Source: Macrostomum lignano
Taxonomy: Eukaryota
Reading direction: 5' to 3'
Assembly (NCBI GenBank): GCA_002269645.1
Contig: NIVC01002838.1
Coordinates: 72,315 to 136,314, forward strand
DNA: 64,000 nt
A model generated the notes under the pieces. It was not told the DNA's origin. It saw nothing but the letters and a program-made list of their open reading frames with translations, and did not search any database. The position numbers and the translations under genes are program-made. Below, in pieces: positions 11,020 through 25,800 of the stretch (positions are counted from its first letter, which is position 1; each line of letters opens with the position of its first letter).

Positions 11020-11760
11020 TGCATCTCTGCCCACCTCACCCTATATCTGCTCACATCACTTGACCTCTGCTCACCTCATCTCACCTCTGCTCACCTCACC
11101 TCACCTCTGCCCACCTCACTTCATATCTGCTCACCTCACTTCACATCTGCTCACCTCACTTCACATCTGCTCACCTCACTTCACCTCTGCTCACCTCACT
11201 TCACATCTGCTCACCTCACTTCACATCTGCTCACCTCACTTCACATCTGCTCACCTCACTTCACATCTGCTCACCTCACCTCACCTCTGCCCACCTCACT
11301 TCATATCTGCTCACCTCACTTCATATCTGCTCACCTCACTTCACATCTGCTCACCTCACTTCACATCTGCTCACCTCACTTCACATCTGCTCACCTCACC
11401 TCACCTCTGCTCACCTCACCTCTGCTCACCTCATCTCACCTCTGCTCACCTCACCTCATATCTGCTCACCTCACTTCACATCTGCTCACCTCACCTCACC
11501 TCACCTCATCTCACTTCACATCTGCTCACCTCACTTCACAGCTGCTCACCTCACCTCACCTCACCTCATCTCACCTCTTCTCACCTCACTTCACCTCTGC
11601 TCACCTCACCTCACCTCTTCTCACCTCACCTCTTCTAACCTCACCTCACATCTTCCCACCTCACTTCAGACTTGCTCACCTTGCCTCTCTACTCGCATCT
11701 ACTAACCTCGCTTCACATCTTTACTCACATCTCTACTCTGTGCTCATCTCACATAGTCTC
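11020..11760. repeat. 20-bp minisatellite (TCTGCTCACCTCACTTCACA)
   Basis: Tandem units visible directly. Confidence 0.9.
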
Positions 11761-12319
11761 TATTTTATCTTACTATTTATCTCACTATTTATCTCCCTGA
11801 CAGGGTTGCAGCTCATTAAACCAAGTTAACCATATCCAAGTTAGAAGTTTAACAATGCTCTTAATTAACGATAACTCATAAGAAACCAAATATATAAAGT
11901 TTATATTTATATTTTTATTCAGCTCTCGTCAATAAATAAAAACAACGAAAAAAGGAAACACGAAAAATCTACGTTAAAAAGTTAATTGAACAGGTATTTA
12001 AGAGGGAACAAGTTTGAGGGCATACACAGTTTAAAATAGCCATATAATAAATTTGGAGGCCCTGAAAAGTTTAATTAGTTCAAAATGTACTTTAATTTAG
12101 TTTTAAACATTTTATTATTTGAAGCATGCCGCATCAGGAGCTGCGTCGATCTCATTTCGAAAAGCAAACAGAGGCAAAGGAAAAAAGACAGTGAGCAAAC
12201 GAAATGTGTCATCATTATTCAAACGGGAACCAACGATTGAATGCAGAGAAAACAAGCTGCATCTTGCATTTGTGACCGAATTGGGGCTGCTTAAGTTTAA
12301 TCGAGCTTAACCGGGAGCC

Positions 12320-12660
12320 AATGTACACTGAGGGGTGGTGGGGCAGGGGTTGAGTGAGGGCCAGTGTACACTGAGTGGTGGTGGGGCAGGGGTCGAGAGA
12401 GACCCAGTGTACACTGAGGAGTGGATGGGCAGGGGTTGAGAGAGAGCCAGTGTACACTGAGGAGTGGATGGGCAGGGGTTGAGAGAGAGCCAGTGTACAC
12501 TGAGGAGTGGATGGACAGGGGTTGAGAGAGAGCCAGTGTACACTGAGGGGTGGATGGGCAGGGGTTGAGAGAGAGCCAGTGTGCACTGAGGGGTGGTAGG
12601 GCAGGGGTTGAGAGGGAAAGAGAGCCAGTGTAAACTTGAGGGATTGGTGGGACAAGGGCT
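12320..12660. repeat. ~43-bp minisatellite (GCCAGTGTACACTGAGGAGTGGATGGGCAGGGGTTGAGAGAGA)
   Basis: About 7 tandem units. Confidence 0.9.
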
Positions 12661-13140
12661 GACGGAGAGCAAGATTGCATAAATTATTCGCTAAACTTAA
12701 CTGACTAAACCACAACAGAGAGAATTGATAAGTCAGAGCAATAAAGCCAAACGTCTCTCAATCAATAACTTGCAACACCTTTAAAGTGTCAGAAGGCGCA
12801 GAAAAGTTAAAGAACAAATAATAAAGTCATTGGTTATTTACTGTAATTAGCGCGCTTACAGAAAAATATTCAATAATAACTTTAGAGAAAAAAGAACCTT
12901 GGAGAGAAATCGCAGCTGTCAAGAGGATTAAGGTTAGGTTGATTTTTACTCGATTAATTCTATATTTTACAAGAAACAGTGCAATAACATGTTGATATTA
13001 GGGGCAACGCAGACAAAGCACAGAACATAGAGACGTCATAATAATAGCCCGCGGTTTCTCAGATTAGAATGAAAAATACAATTCTGTCATACGCTTTGCA
13101 GAAGGTATATTTGAATACAAGCTTCCAGTGAGGCTCTGGC

Positions 13141-13888
13141 TCAGTGCTTGTCCTCTCTGATTGTGTCCAGTTGTCTGGACGAGCCAGGAGCTGTAGGTGG
13201 CTGCTGATTGCTTTGCTCGGCAGCCGCATCAGAGGACTTCTCACCGTCTGCGGCTGTCGACTCAACTGCGGCTGCTCGTTCGGCTTCTTCTGGAGAGTGG
13301 CAAGCAGTAAGTAGTATTGAAAAGTAGTAAAAACGCTAACACCGGCAGAATGAGGTGTGGGAAATGAGGTCAAGAGCAATTAGGCAGTGATTTTTTTATT
13401 TAAACGGTATTTTTAAGCTTACTAATATTAAATATACCATAAAATTTGATGACGTTTGTTATTATTTGTTAATTACCGACTTTCCGGAAAATTTAACACT
13501 TAGAATTACGGTATAATTAACAGAACTGATATTTAATAAAAATTGATATTTTAGTTGCATTATTGACTATATTGACTATTGTTATAATTTCGCAAAGGGT
13601 CACTAAAATAACAAATTAAAATATCCATCGAACCTGTTGGTATAGTCGTACGTAAACTAAACTAAAATTTTATTTAAGCAAAAAATATTTTTTGTTTTGT
13701 AAAGCGAAAATTTTGCTGAGTAACTTGATAAAATTATATTAGCTGGGTAACTGAATTGATAATTATGCATAATTTAAATATCAACTAAATAAGCATTAAC
13801 TCACCGATATCAGCTTTCTCTTTCCACAGGGCCCGATTCGTCTTCAGGTGCTCGTTCCAGGGCCTGTGCAGAACAAAGGCTCCTTCGG
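13141..13888 (-). CDS. PDE1: PDE1 last exons 13805-13888 and 13141-13289
   Basis: PWNEHLKTNRALWKEKA | EEAERAAA...EDKH*. Confidence 0.82.
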
Positions 13889-16800
13889 CTGTGGGTTTTA
13901 AATTATCGGAAGGAAAATCTATTGTAGTCAAATAAAACAATTTTCTGATGCAAAACTTTCAGGTAATAAAACACGTGCTTAAAAGTTTCAAACAACAAAT
14001 CAATAACTTCTTTAGACCTCTTCACTTGCAACCATTACAACGAAAAACATAAAGTGCCGTAAATTACTGGTGCAGAGTAAAACAAAAAATACTTCAATAC
14101 TCCAACGCGTGTGCCAATTAACACTCCTCAGTCGTCTTTTCTTTGCATTACCTTGCCACTTTCTAAGCGGTTTTGTTGCGTTAGCGGCTAAATTGTGAGG
14201 AGAGATGGGCGAGTTTATATAGAAATTTTTATAAACTGATTAAGTCAATTAACTACAATATTTTTATACAATTTCAGTTGAAATATTAAAAGAGAAATAC
14301 CTAAATAAGTACGGAATATACACGTAGCTTTCTTTAGTTAAATCGAGTTAAAGTTCAAGTTAAATTAAGCACAAAATAAGACTTAAGACAGCTTAGAGTA
14401 AAAAAACAGGGCACTTGAGAGGGTAGCTTGAGACGACGAGCAAAATTGCGGGAGTGTGATGGCATGGGTAGTTCCGGTCCACCGACCAATTAGATTCAAG
14501 CTAGGGTTAGGGAGTCCGATGGGTAGTTCCACCGACCAATTAGCTTCAAGCTAAGGGTTAGGGAGTCCGATGGGGTAGTTCCACCGACCAATGAACTTCA
14601 AGCTACATGTAGGGTTAGAAACGGACATGAGCAGTTCCATTTTTCAAGCCATTAGAATTAGAGCTTGGATAAATTAGATGGTTAGCATTGTCAACAAATT
14701 AGATTAACGGGCAAGATTTTTGTTGCATTTATAACACGCTGAATAACTCAGTCGAATCATCCTCATTACCGGAACTCCACATGCCAACTGAAATAAAGTG
14801 GCAGAAAAATCCACACTTGTCACAAGTCACAAAAATGAAAACTATTATGAATGGCAGCGTGGATCTCCAATCTTACCTCCGCCCTCATCGACCGGGTTTC
14901 GAGTCCCGTGCTGTCTCTGCTGTTCGAATAGCGGCATCAGAATCTTTTCGAGCATGTCGCCGAGAACTCCAAAGCTGGGCTCCATGATGAAGTCGATGAA
15001 ACCTGAATCGGATTAGTTAACATGCCAGAGTATGGGCGCATGATCGGAGGGCGTGTTACGTGCCATAGGTAATAAATGTGTATTCCTGAAAACTTACCAA
15101 CTTGTGACTGTGCCACCATGGTGGTGCTCCGGTCGCACAGCGGGGAGCACGGCAGGTCCAGCGCCTTCTCTCGGTCCCCCTGAGTTCATGGCATTGATGA
15201 ATGAAATGATTATAAGATCATTGATAAATTTTCAAGATTGATGAATCGATAAAATTGATGTATTAATAAGATTGATGAAATATTGATGGATTGATAAGAT
15301 TGGTAAGATTGATATATTGATAAGATTGATGAAATCGATAGATTGATAGATTGATAAGATTGATAAAATTAATATATTGATAAAATTGATGAATTGATAA
15401 GGCTGATAATATTAGCAAGATTGATAAGTGATTCATCGATTAAAATTGCAGCTTATAAGACTCTTCGATCGATAAGATAGCTTGATTGACAAGAGAATTG
15501 GTTAATCAGAGGATTACAAACCTGTCTGAAAAATTCCTCCAGCAGCGACATGGTCCATCTTTGGTGCAGGTCGAACCGCTTTCCGGGATGGCTGATGTCG
15601 GCGCAGTGCAGCATAAGGGCCAGCGCCTTCTCCTTGTCGATGCTGACATTGTGTTAGTGAGAGGGAGGGATATATAGGGAGATTGAGATTCTGCCACACA
15701 ATATTCATTCACTCATTTTGATTGAGCAACATAGAATCAAACAAACTTTCCCTTCTATTTTAATTCACGAAAGTTTACACTACTAACTAGCTAGAAGAGT
15801 AGTATAGAGCATGATAGTGGCTATTCGTACGGTTAGTCTTTGAAACCAGAAATTCAGATTAAAAACTATTTTTGAATGTTAAAAATATTTTGCAAAACTA
15901 GGAAAATTTTGGCGTGAAAAACTATAACTTTTAGACTTAAATAATTTCCACAAAAGTTTGTTTTAACCCAACCGTTTTTAAACTAAAGCAATGAAGCTGG
16001 GACCACTTAAACGAATAACCGCTATGAGAAAGCATCTTTTAAAAAAGTTTTTGCGATGTTTTGATAAAACGAAAACTAATTTGCACTTTTATTGAAATTA
16101 ATTTGATTAAAAAATTGAGATTTTATCATTGTTTTGCACTAAATACTAATTGTTAGTCGAAGTAGTAGTAAATTACATTTCAAGTTGATTGGTACAAAAA
16201 AGTACACTCAAAATTTGGATGTAAAAATGTAACAAGAAAAAGGTGAAAGAATGAGGCTAGACTAACTTTTCTCCTATAATAAAATAGAAAAGACCCAGAG
16301 TGTGCTAGTAGGCCCTCAATAAATTAGTAGGATTGATCAGGCTGAGAAGACAGAAAATAATTTACAAGAGTGCAACTAATTTACAGGCTATCTATTAGAG
16401 TTTTTATTCATTGAAATTCTAAAATTTAGTTTACTAATATTTTTTTATTTAATGCATTACTTTGTATATCGATATAAAAAATTCATTTTTTGTTATTTAT
16501 GATTTCTAATTTGCAATTCCGTTTTTTTCGAACGAATTCTGTTTAACAGTAAATTATAGTGAAATTTTGTAAGTGCACAAACGAAAACAAATTAAAATCG
16601 AGCAGCCAATTGATTACTAATGATTAGTTGTACAATATTAGTTAGTGCCATGAGTGTGTAAATTATGATTTATCTATTATAACAAAGCTATAAAAAATTT
16701 CTCAGCTTGCCCGCAAGGGAAGGCGGTGAGAACTGTTCGCCTGGGTCTGGACTCATTGCTGCCATTGCCGAAAAACAGCCACTCTTGGTCTGGCGCCCTA

Positions 16801-19800
16801 AATTTGTTATAACGAAAAAAAACGTAGTAATCCGGAAATTTTATTGGCATGCGAACCCCAATCCACGCAAAATTTAAAAACGTGCAAATCCAATGCATAA
16901 CCGCCATTAGTTTAAGCAAAATCTTTTCAGAGCAGTACTTCTAAAAATAAAACTTGCATTCCAAACAAGCTGTTAGCAATTTTTTGGTTTAAATATACGT
17001 GTATAATACTGTATATAAGTGTTTATACGTACAAACAAATGTGCTAGAAATGTTCTGTTCATTTAACAGTAAAAAATGGAGTGCATTCGGCTAGCGAACA
17101 GTTGTCAGTCATAGTTAGTGGTTCCAATTGGAACAGTCCATGCCGTTGACTAAAAATCAAGACTCTCGTAAAAACAACTGGTTAAAATGTAATTTTTGTC
17201 GATCGATTTAAAACCCGCGTAATTTTTTTCTGTATAAAATATTTATAAATTCAAATAACTGATTATATGAGCTCACATTATACTTCTTGCCAAAAATGAT
17301 ACAATATGACTTAGGGGTCAGGAAAGTCACTAGAGAGGCAGATGAGTAACCTGAGAGTCTGATGAGTCACTGGAGGGTCAAATGACTAACAGATGAGTCA
17401 GCTGCATTTCAAGGGTCAGAAAAGTCATTTGAGGATGGGATAAGGCACTTGAATGTTTTGCTCATTACCGCATAAAATAACTAAACTCTCTCCGATATGC
17501 GCTCGTATACTCGTTTCCAGAAAATGCGGATAAAACCGTAACGGAAACATAAAACCATGCATTAGTCAGCAATAAACAACAAAACAGCTTGGAGCAATCT
17601 TATTCAGACCGTGTTGCGTTGCAGTTGAAGGCTGGCGCAGAGTGAGCTGGTGATGATTCTGGCTGCTGCTGATGAAGCCTTGAGTATTCATAATAATCTG
17701 ACACTTTATACACTTTACACTATGCACTTTATTATTGATAAAATTATCGCTGAAAATACTATCAACAGTTAGAATAAACAATTTATAATTTATAATACAA
17801 ACAAATAAACAATTAGAATAAATTTAATTTACTCACTTTTCCGGCATGCTGAGCAGCTGTTTCATGTTCTTGATCTGCTGGAAGTGCAGGCTCATGTCAG
17901 TGTTCAGCACCATGTCAATGACGAGGGCGCGGAACTCCCTGCGTGCCAAGAGTGAAGACAAGATTTGTCTGAGATGTTCTGGGATGTTAAACAGAACCCT
18001 GATCTGTTAGACAGAACCCTGATCTGTTAGACAGAACCCTATTCTGTTAGACAGAACTCTATAATCTGTTAGACAGAACCCTGATTTTTTAGACAGAACC
18101 CTGATCTGTTAGACAGAACCCTGATTTTTTAGACAGAACCCTGATCTGTTAGACAGAACCCCGATCTGTTAGACAGAACCCTGATCTGTTAGACAGAACC
18201 CTATTCTGTTAGACAGAACTCTATAATCTGTTAGACAGAACCCTGATCTGTTAGACAGAACCCTATTCTGTTAGACAGAACTCTATAATCTGTTAGACAG
18301 AACCCTGATCTGTTAGACAGAACCCTATTCTGTTAGACAGAACTCTATAATCTGTTAGACAGAACCCTGATCTGTTAGACAGAACCCTATTCTGTTAGAC
18401 AGAACTCTATAATCTGTTAGACAGAACCCTGATTTTTTAGACAGAACCCTGATCTGTTAGACAGAACCCCGATCTGTTAGACAGAACCCTGATCTGTTAG
18501 ACAGAACCCTGATCTGTTAGACAGAACCCTAATCTGTTAGACAGAACCCCGATCTGTTAGACAGAACCCTGATCTGTTAGACAGAACCCTAATCTGTTAG
18601 ACAGAACCCTGATCTGTTAGACAGAACCCTGATCTGTTAGACAGAACCCCGATCTGTTAGACAGAACCCCGATCTGTTAGACAGAACCCTGATCTGTTAG
18701 ACAGAACCCTGATCTGTTAGACAGAACCCTGATCTGTTAGACAGAACCCTGATCTGTTAGACAGAACCCTGATCTGTTAGACAGAACCCTGATCTGTTAG
18801 ACAGAACCCTGATCTGTAAGACAGAACCCCGATCTGTTAGACAGAACCCTGATCTGTTAGACATAACAGTATACTGTTAGACAAGATCCCTAATCCGTCA
18901 AACTATAAGTACGCTCGTAGATGAAGCTCAAGCCTTCCAAGCAGCCTCTCACTTGTACTCCTCTCTAGACAGGCCGCTGATGATGTTGAACTCGTCCAGC
19001 TTCATGAGCCTGAAGACGGCGCTGGCGTGGTGATTCTCCAGCACGCCTTTGTCATTGTACAGCAGGGCGAGCTCTGAGGCGGTGTTCACGTGAAAGTTAT
19101 TGGTGGTTCCCGTGTGCTCGTAGTCGTGAATGATGGCGGCGAAAATGGTAGCGAAGATCTCCAGGTCTGTCAGCCAGTTCTGTTGGATCAAAGTGAGTTT
19201 TTGTGGTAATTAATGTCAGATTTTTTAGTTTACAGCGCCACACTAATATATTTATAGGTTTTTAGCGTATGAATAAATGTGACAAGCTGGTTATCAAACT
19301 GATCACAAGGACAAAAAGTTTTCTGCTAAAGATGTTAAACAATAGGTCAATCTGAATGATTTCTTTGTCAAATGAATTTAAGACTGCTGTCCTGATGGTT
19401 GAACAAATTTTCAAATTTTAACAATCAATTATTGTTGGTATAGACTAACGAACGAGAATTTGACGAAAGAGATGAAAGGGGATGACAATAAATTAGAGCA
19501 GATGGCTGTAGATGAGAGGAGAGATCAGAAGGGATGAGATGAGATAAGATAAAAGTAGATGAGAGGAGATGGGGAAGGTGGGGGAGACGAGGGGAGATGA
19601 AAGGAGATGAGGGGAGATTAAAATAAGATAAAAGAAGATGAGAGGAAGAGAAGAGAAAAAGAGATGAGAGAAGAAGACATGAGATGAGATGAGAGGAGAT
19701 GACAGGAGAAGAGATAATGTGAGAGGAGATAAGAGGAGATGAGAGGAGATGAGTGGAGATGACAGGAGGAGATGAGAGGAGATGAGAGGAGATGAGAGGA

Positions 19801-22800
19801 GATGAGTGGAAATAAGAGGAGATGAGGGGAGATGAGAGGAGATGAGTGGAGATGACAGGAGGAGATGAGAGGAAATGAGAGGAGATGAGAGGATATGAGT
19901 GGGGATGAGAGGAGATGAGGGGAGATGAAAGGAGATGAGAGGAGATGAGAGGATATGAGTGGGGATGAGAGGAGATGAGGGGAGATGAAAGGAGATGAGA
20001 GGAGATGAGAGGATATGAGTGGGGATGAGAGGAGATGAGGGGAGATGAAAGGAGATGAGTGGGGATGAGAGGAGATGAGAGGAGATGAGAGGATATGAGT
20101 GGGGATGAGAGGAGATGAGGGGAGATGAAAGGAGATGAGTGGGGATGAGAGGAGATGAGAGGAGATGAGAGGATATGAGTGGGGATGAGAGGAGATGAGG
20201 GGAGATGAAAGGAGATGAGTGGGGATGAGAGGAGATGAGAGGAGATGAGTGGGGATGAGAGGAGATGAGGGGAGATGACAGGAGATGAGTGGAGATGAGA
20301 GGAAATGAGGGGAGATAAGGGGAGATGAGAGGAAATGAGAGGAGATGAGTGGAGATGAGTGGAGATGAGGGGAGATGAGTGGAGATGAGAGGAAATGAGG
20401 GGAGATGAGGGGAGATGAGAGGAGATGAGTGGAGATGAGTGGAGATGAGGGGAGATGAGTGGAGATGAGAGAAGGGAACGCAGAAGATAAAACGCCAGAT
20501 GAAGAGGAGATCCAAGAGAAAAACTGCAGCCCAGAGAGGACGGCCTTCCCAGGAACGCAGCCCGACCCATCCGCATCAGCGAAGTCGGACATGCGATCCG
20601 CCGCTGTTAACAGCTCATCGCAGCTTCTCCAGCCTCCCTCCCGCCTCATCTCCGCTAAAATCTGTGGCGGCGCAGCGCAGCGTGAAGCGAAGCTCCATCA
20701 TCAAAGAGGCTGCGAGCGAAATGCAATCTGCATGAATTTCTCATCAATCTACCTGACACTCTTAAATTGCATTCAGGGTTGCTGGGCTAGCAAAGCCGCT
20801 CATTTTTTGGCGTCAGACCTCCCGGCCCGAATAATGAGTTTTCCGAGTTTCGGATTTTTTGGCTATTAGGCTCTTCTCGAGTTTCTGATTAAGTCTGTTG
20901 ACTCTCGGCTGGAAACTGAAAATTACAGCGGCTAAGCGTTTCGGTGTCCATTTCATCAACTTGCAATTTTCGTAATCTGTCCTTCTTCCAGATTTTCACT
21001 CTTCCATATTGTCACTCTTCCATATTGTCACTCTTCCATATTGTCACTCTTCCATATTGTCACTCTTCCATATTGTCACTCTCCCATATTGTCACAGCTC
21101 CATATTGTCACAGCTCCATATTGTCACTCTCCCATATTGTCACAGCTCCATATTGTCACAGCTCCATATTGTCACAGCTCCATATTGTCACAGCTCCATA
21201 TTGTCACAGCTCCATATTGTCACAGCTCCATATTGTCACAGCTCCATATTGTCACAGCTCCATATTGTCACAGCTCCATATTGTCACAGCTTCATATTGT
21301 CACAGCTCCATATTGTCACAGCTCCATATTGTCACAGCTCCATATTGTCACAGCTCCATATTGTCACAGCTCCATATTGTCACAGCTCCATATTGTCACA
21401 GCTCCATATTGTCACAGCTCCATATTGTCACAGCTCCATATTGTCACAGCTCCATATTGTCACAGCTCCATATTGTCACAGCTCCATATTGTCACAGCTC
21501 CATATTGTCACAGCTCCATATTGTCACAGCTCCATATTGTCACAGCTCCATATTGTCACAGCTCCATATTGTCACTCTTCCATATTGTCCCAGCTCCATA
21601 TTGTCACAGCTCCATATTGTCACAGCTTCATATTGTCACAGCTCCATATTGTCACAGCTCCATATTGTCACAGCTCCATATTGTCACAGCTCCATATTGT
21701 CACAGCTCCATATTGTCACAGCTCCATATTGTCACAGCTCCATATTGTCACAGCTCCATATTGTCACAGCTCCATATTGTCACTCTTCCATATTGTCACA
21801 GCTCCATATTACTCCACAGCATCAACTCACCACCAGCTTGGAGGAGCTCATGATGAAGTGGCAGGTCTGGGCCACATCCGCCCCGTGGACCAGGTTGTGG
21901 TACGGGTTGCTAAACCTGCTGTAGCCTTCCTCGCATTTGGTGAGGAAATTTTCCAACACGTTTGTGTTGATCTGCGGGTTTTATAGATAAATTTGTAGCT
22001 TTTAGAGTGTGAAAGTGGGAAAGAATGATCTTGAAAGAGTGACAAATTGACCATGAGAGAGTGATCTAGTGGCGGAATGACCATGAGAGAGTGACAAAGA
22101 GACGGAATGACCATGAGAGAGTGAGAAAGTGACGGAGTGACCATGAGAGAGTGACAAAGAGACAGAGTGACCATGAGAGAGTGACAAAGTTACGGAGTGA
22201 TGAGAGAGTGACAAAGTGAAGGAGTGACCATGAGAGAGTGACAAAGTGAAGGAGTGACCATGAAAGAGTGACAAAGTGAAGGAGTGACCATGAGAGAGTG
22301 ACAAAGTGAAAGAGTGATCAAGAGAGAGTGACAAAGTTACGGAGTGACCATGAGAGAGTGACAAAGTTACGGAGTGACCATGAGAGAGTGAAAAAGTGAC
22401 GGAGTGACCATGAGAGAGTGACCATGAGAGAGTGACAAAGTTACGGAGTGATGAGAGAGTGACAAAGTGAAGGGGTGACCATGAGAGAGTGACAAAGTGA
22501 AGGAGTGACCATGAAAGAGTGACAAAGTGAAGGAGTGACCATGAGAGAGTGACAAAGTTACGGAGTGACCATGAGAGAGTGACAAAGTTACGGAGTGACC
22601 ATGAGAGAGTGACAAAGTGACGGAGTGACCATGAGAGAGTGACAAAGTGACGGAGTGACCATGAGAGAGTGACAAAGAGACGGAGTGACCATGAGAGAGT
22701 GACAAAGTTACGGAGTGACCATGAGAGTGTGACAAAGTTACGGAGTGACCATGAGAGTGTGACAAAGTGACTGAGTGATGGTTAGAAAGTAAAAAGTAAT

Positions 22801-25800
22801 AAATTCAAGGCTATAAAGAAGGAGGATAACTTTCTTCACAGATTTATCGAGTCAGCTCACCTTGAACTTGTTAATAAGGTCGTATTTATGCAGCAACTCG
22901 AAACCAACAAACTTAAGAGCATGATTGTCCGAGGCCTCATTGAGCTCAAAAATATTGAAGCACCAATCGTCCAAACCGGCCTAAAAAAAGGTAGCGGATG
23001 AAGTAGTGCTAAAAATCATTGTTTTTTTTTAAATTGACATGTTAATGTAGTTAATAATAGACAGCTGTTTTTAGATTGCTGTACCTTCAACAGCACGAGG
23101 ACATTTTGCGGCACGTTGATGTTGCTTGAGCTTGACAGTCTGCGGTAGATTCTGTTAAAGATATTGGTAGATTAAGGAACTGTTCGTGTCGACTAGTATG
23201 TGTAGTAGCTAGACTGGTGAAATCTGGACCACAACGTGTACACTCAAAGATAAGATTTTATCAAAGCATATTTGAGGGGAATAGGGAGGCAAAGAGAGGG
23301 TGAACGAGAGGGAGAGAGACAGGTAGAGAGGTAGACAGAGATGGGGAGAGAGGAAGAGGGAGATGGGGAGGGAGGGAGGGAGACAGAGATGGAGAGAGAG
23401 GGAGGGAGACAGAGATGGAGAGAGAGGGAGACAGAGATGGGGAGGGAGGGAGACAGAGATGGGGAGAGAGGGAGACAGAGATGGGGAGAGAGGGAGACAG
23501 AGATGGGGAGAGAGGGAGACAGAGATGGGGAGAGAGGGAGACAGAGATGGGGAGAGAGGGAGACAGAGATGGGGAGGGAGGGAGACAGAGATGGGGAGAG
23601 AGGGAGACAGAGATGGGGGATGGGGAGAGAGGGAGACAGAGATGGGGAGAGAGGGAGACAGAGATGGGGAGAGAGGGAGACAGAGATGGGGAGAGAGGGA
23701 GACAGAGATGGGGAGAGAGGGAGACAGAGATGGGGAGAGAGGGAGACAGAGATGGGGAGAGGGGGAAACAGAGATGGGGAGAGGGGGAGACAGAGATGGG
23801 GAGAGAAGGAGACAGAGATGGGGAGAGAAGGAGACAGAGATGGGGAGAGGGGGAAACAGAGATGGGGAGAGAGGGAGAAAGATAGAGGGAGAGACGGGAA
23901 AGAGAGAGGGTGAGAAGAAGTGGACTGGGAGGCACCGCAGGCGCACCTCTCAACCATGATGCCGGCCCTGATGGCATTGGCGACGCTGCGGAACTTGGGC
24001 TTCTCCCGGTGCTGCTTGAGCGAAGTCTGAGACCGCGTGAAGGTGCTCGCCAGCCAGTCACGCACCTCGTTGGGCACCTCGCCGGAGGGCACTTCGGGCA
24101 GTTCGTCCTCTTCGTTGCACAGGCGCCTGCATATTTAGCGGTATAAATAATCGATAATTTTACTTCGAAAATTTTAATTACCGCGAAAAAATGAGAAAAA
24201 TTAAACAAAAATTTACAAAAATTATTTACCATTGAGGCAAAAACTACAGATCGATAATTAATTCGTTAACGCGCTACTGAGCGCAAGGCAAGTCAACTAC
24301 CGGTAAGCAAAATTATTTTTGAAATTTTGTTTAAATTTTGTACGTTTTTCAAGTCAAACATTTTAGCGAGTTTTTGTAATTCACAAAGAAACACGCAAAC
24401 AAATAATTAACTCAGATTAGAAAACCAGTTTCAACTGAAGCGATGGGTGAAATAAGGAAAAATGCGTTTTGTTATATGCAGCTCGCTGTGATGGCTGTTT
24501 GAAATTTGAATTCCCGCGCTAAACCCGTTGCCATGGTGATCAGTCTGATCTCCGTATTCTAGTTGCTAAGGCTGGTTAATTAGAAAAAATATCAGCGGCA
24601 CAAATTGTTAATCAGCTACCAAAGACGCGCGGATAAATTAAATATTTTATAGCAAGAGTTTGTGAGGCTTTGGTGATATTTAAACAAAATATTTGTTCAA
24701 GCTACCAGTTAAGAAGTTCAAATTATTGGGATCACAGCTATCGCTTTCTAGTTTCATAGAAAAAAATTACTCTGTCACTGCGGTGACAGCTGCTCCTCGG
24801 CCGCTGGACTCCCTTCGAGTGACAGACAGGCTGCCCTCGGGGCTCAAGTCTGCCGCCGAATTCCGGCCCGTGTCACGTGGCGCCCTTGATGGCGGGCAGG
24901 TGTTTGTTTGGGAAATTTGAAACACTGTGTACTTTGGAAAGCGAAAAAAACTAGATTTTAACTTTATCGTGCTGTGGCAGGTTGCAAGCTGAATCATAGA
25001 ACAAGTACATATTGATGAGCGCGAAACGTCAATATCTTTTAATACATTCACCGAAAGTATGCCATCAATGCGTAACACAAAGTTAGCACGAATGCTAGCC
25101 CCTCTCTTCTCTCCTTTCTTCCCACCTCTCTTATACCCTCCCCGTACCCTCTTATACACCCTCTATTCTACCCTCAACCCTCTCTTCTACCCCCTTCTCT
25201 TCTACCCCCTTCTCTTCTACCCCCTTCTCTTCTACCCCCCTTCTCTTCTACCCCCTTCTCTTCTACCCCCTTCTCTTCTACCCCCTTCTCTTCTACCCCC
25301 CTTCTCTTCTACCCCCTTCTCTTCTACCCCCTTCTCTTCTACCCCCTTCTCTTCTACCCCCTTGCTCTTCTACCCCCTTCTCTTCTACCCCCTTCTCTTC
25401 TACCCCCTTGCTCTTCTAACCCCTTGCTCTTCTACCCCCTTCTCTTCTACCCCCTTCTCTTCTACCCCTTGCTCTTCTACCCCCTTCCCTTCTATCCCCT
25501 TCTCTTCTACCCCCTTCCCTTCTATCCCCTTCTCTTCTACCCCATTCTCTTCTACCCCCTTCTCTTCTACCCCAGTCTCTTCTACCCCCTTGCTCTTCTA
25601 CCCCCTTCTCTTCTACCCCCTTCTCTTCTACCCCCTTCTCTTCTACCCCTTCTCTTCTACCCCCTTATCTTCTACCCCCTTCTCTTCTACCCCCTTCTCT
25701 TCTACCCCCTTCTCTTCTACCCCCTTCTCTTCTACCCCCTGCTCTTCTACCCCCTTCTCTTCTACCCCAGTCTCTTCTACCCCCTTGCTGTTCTACCCCC

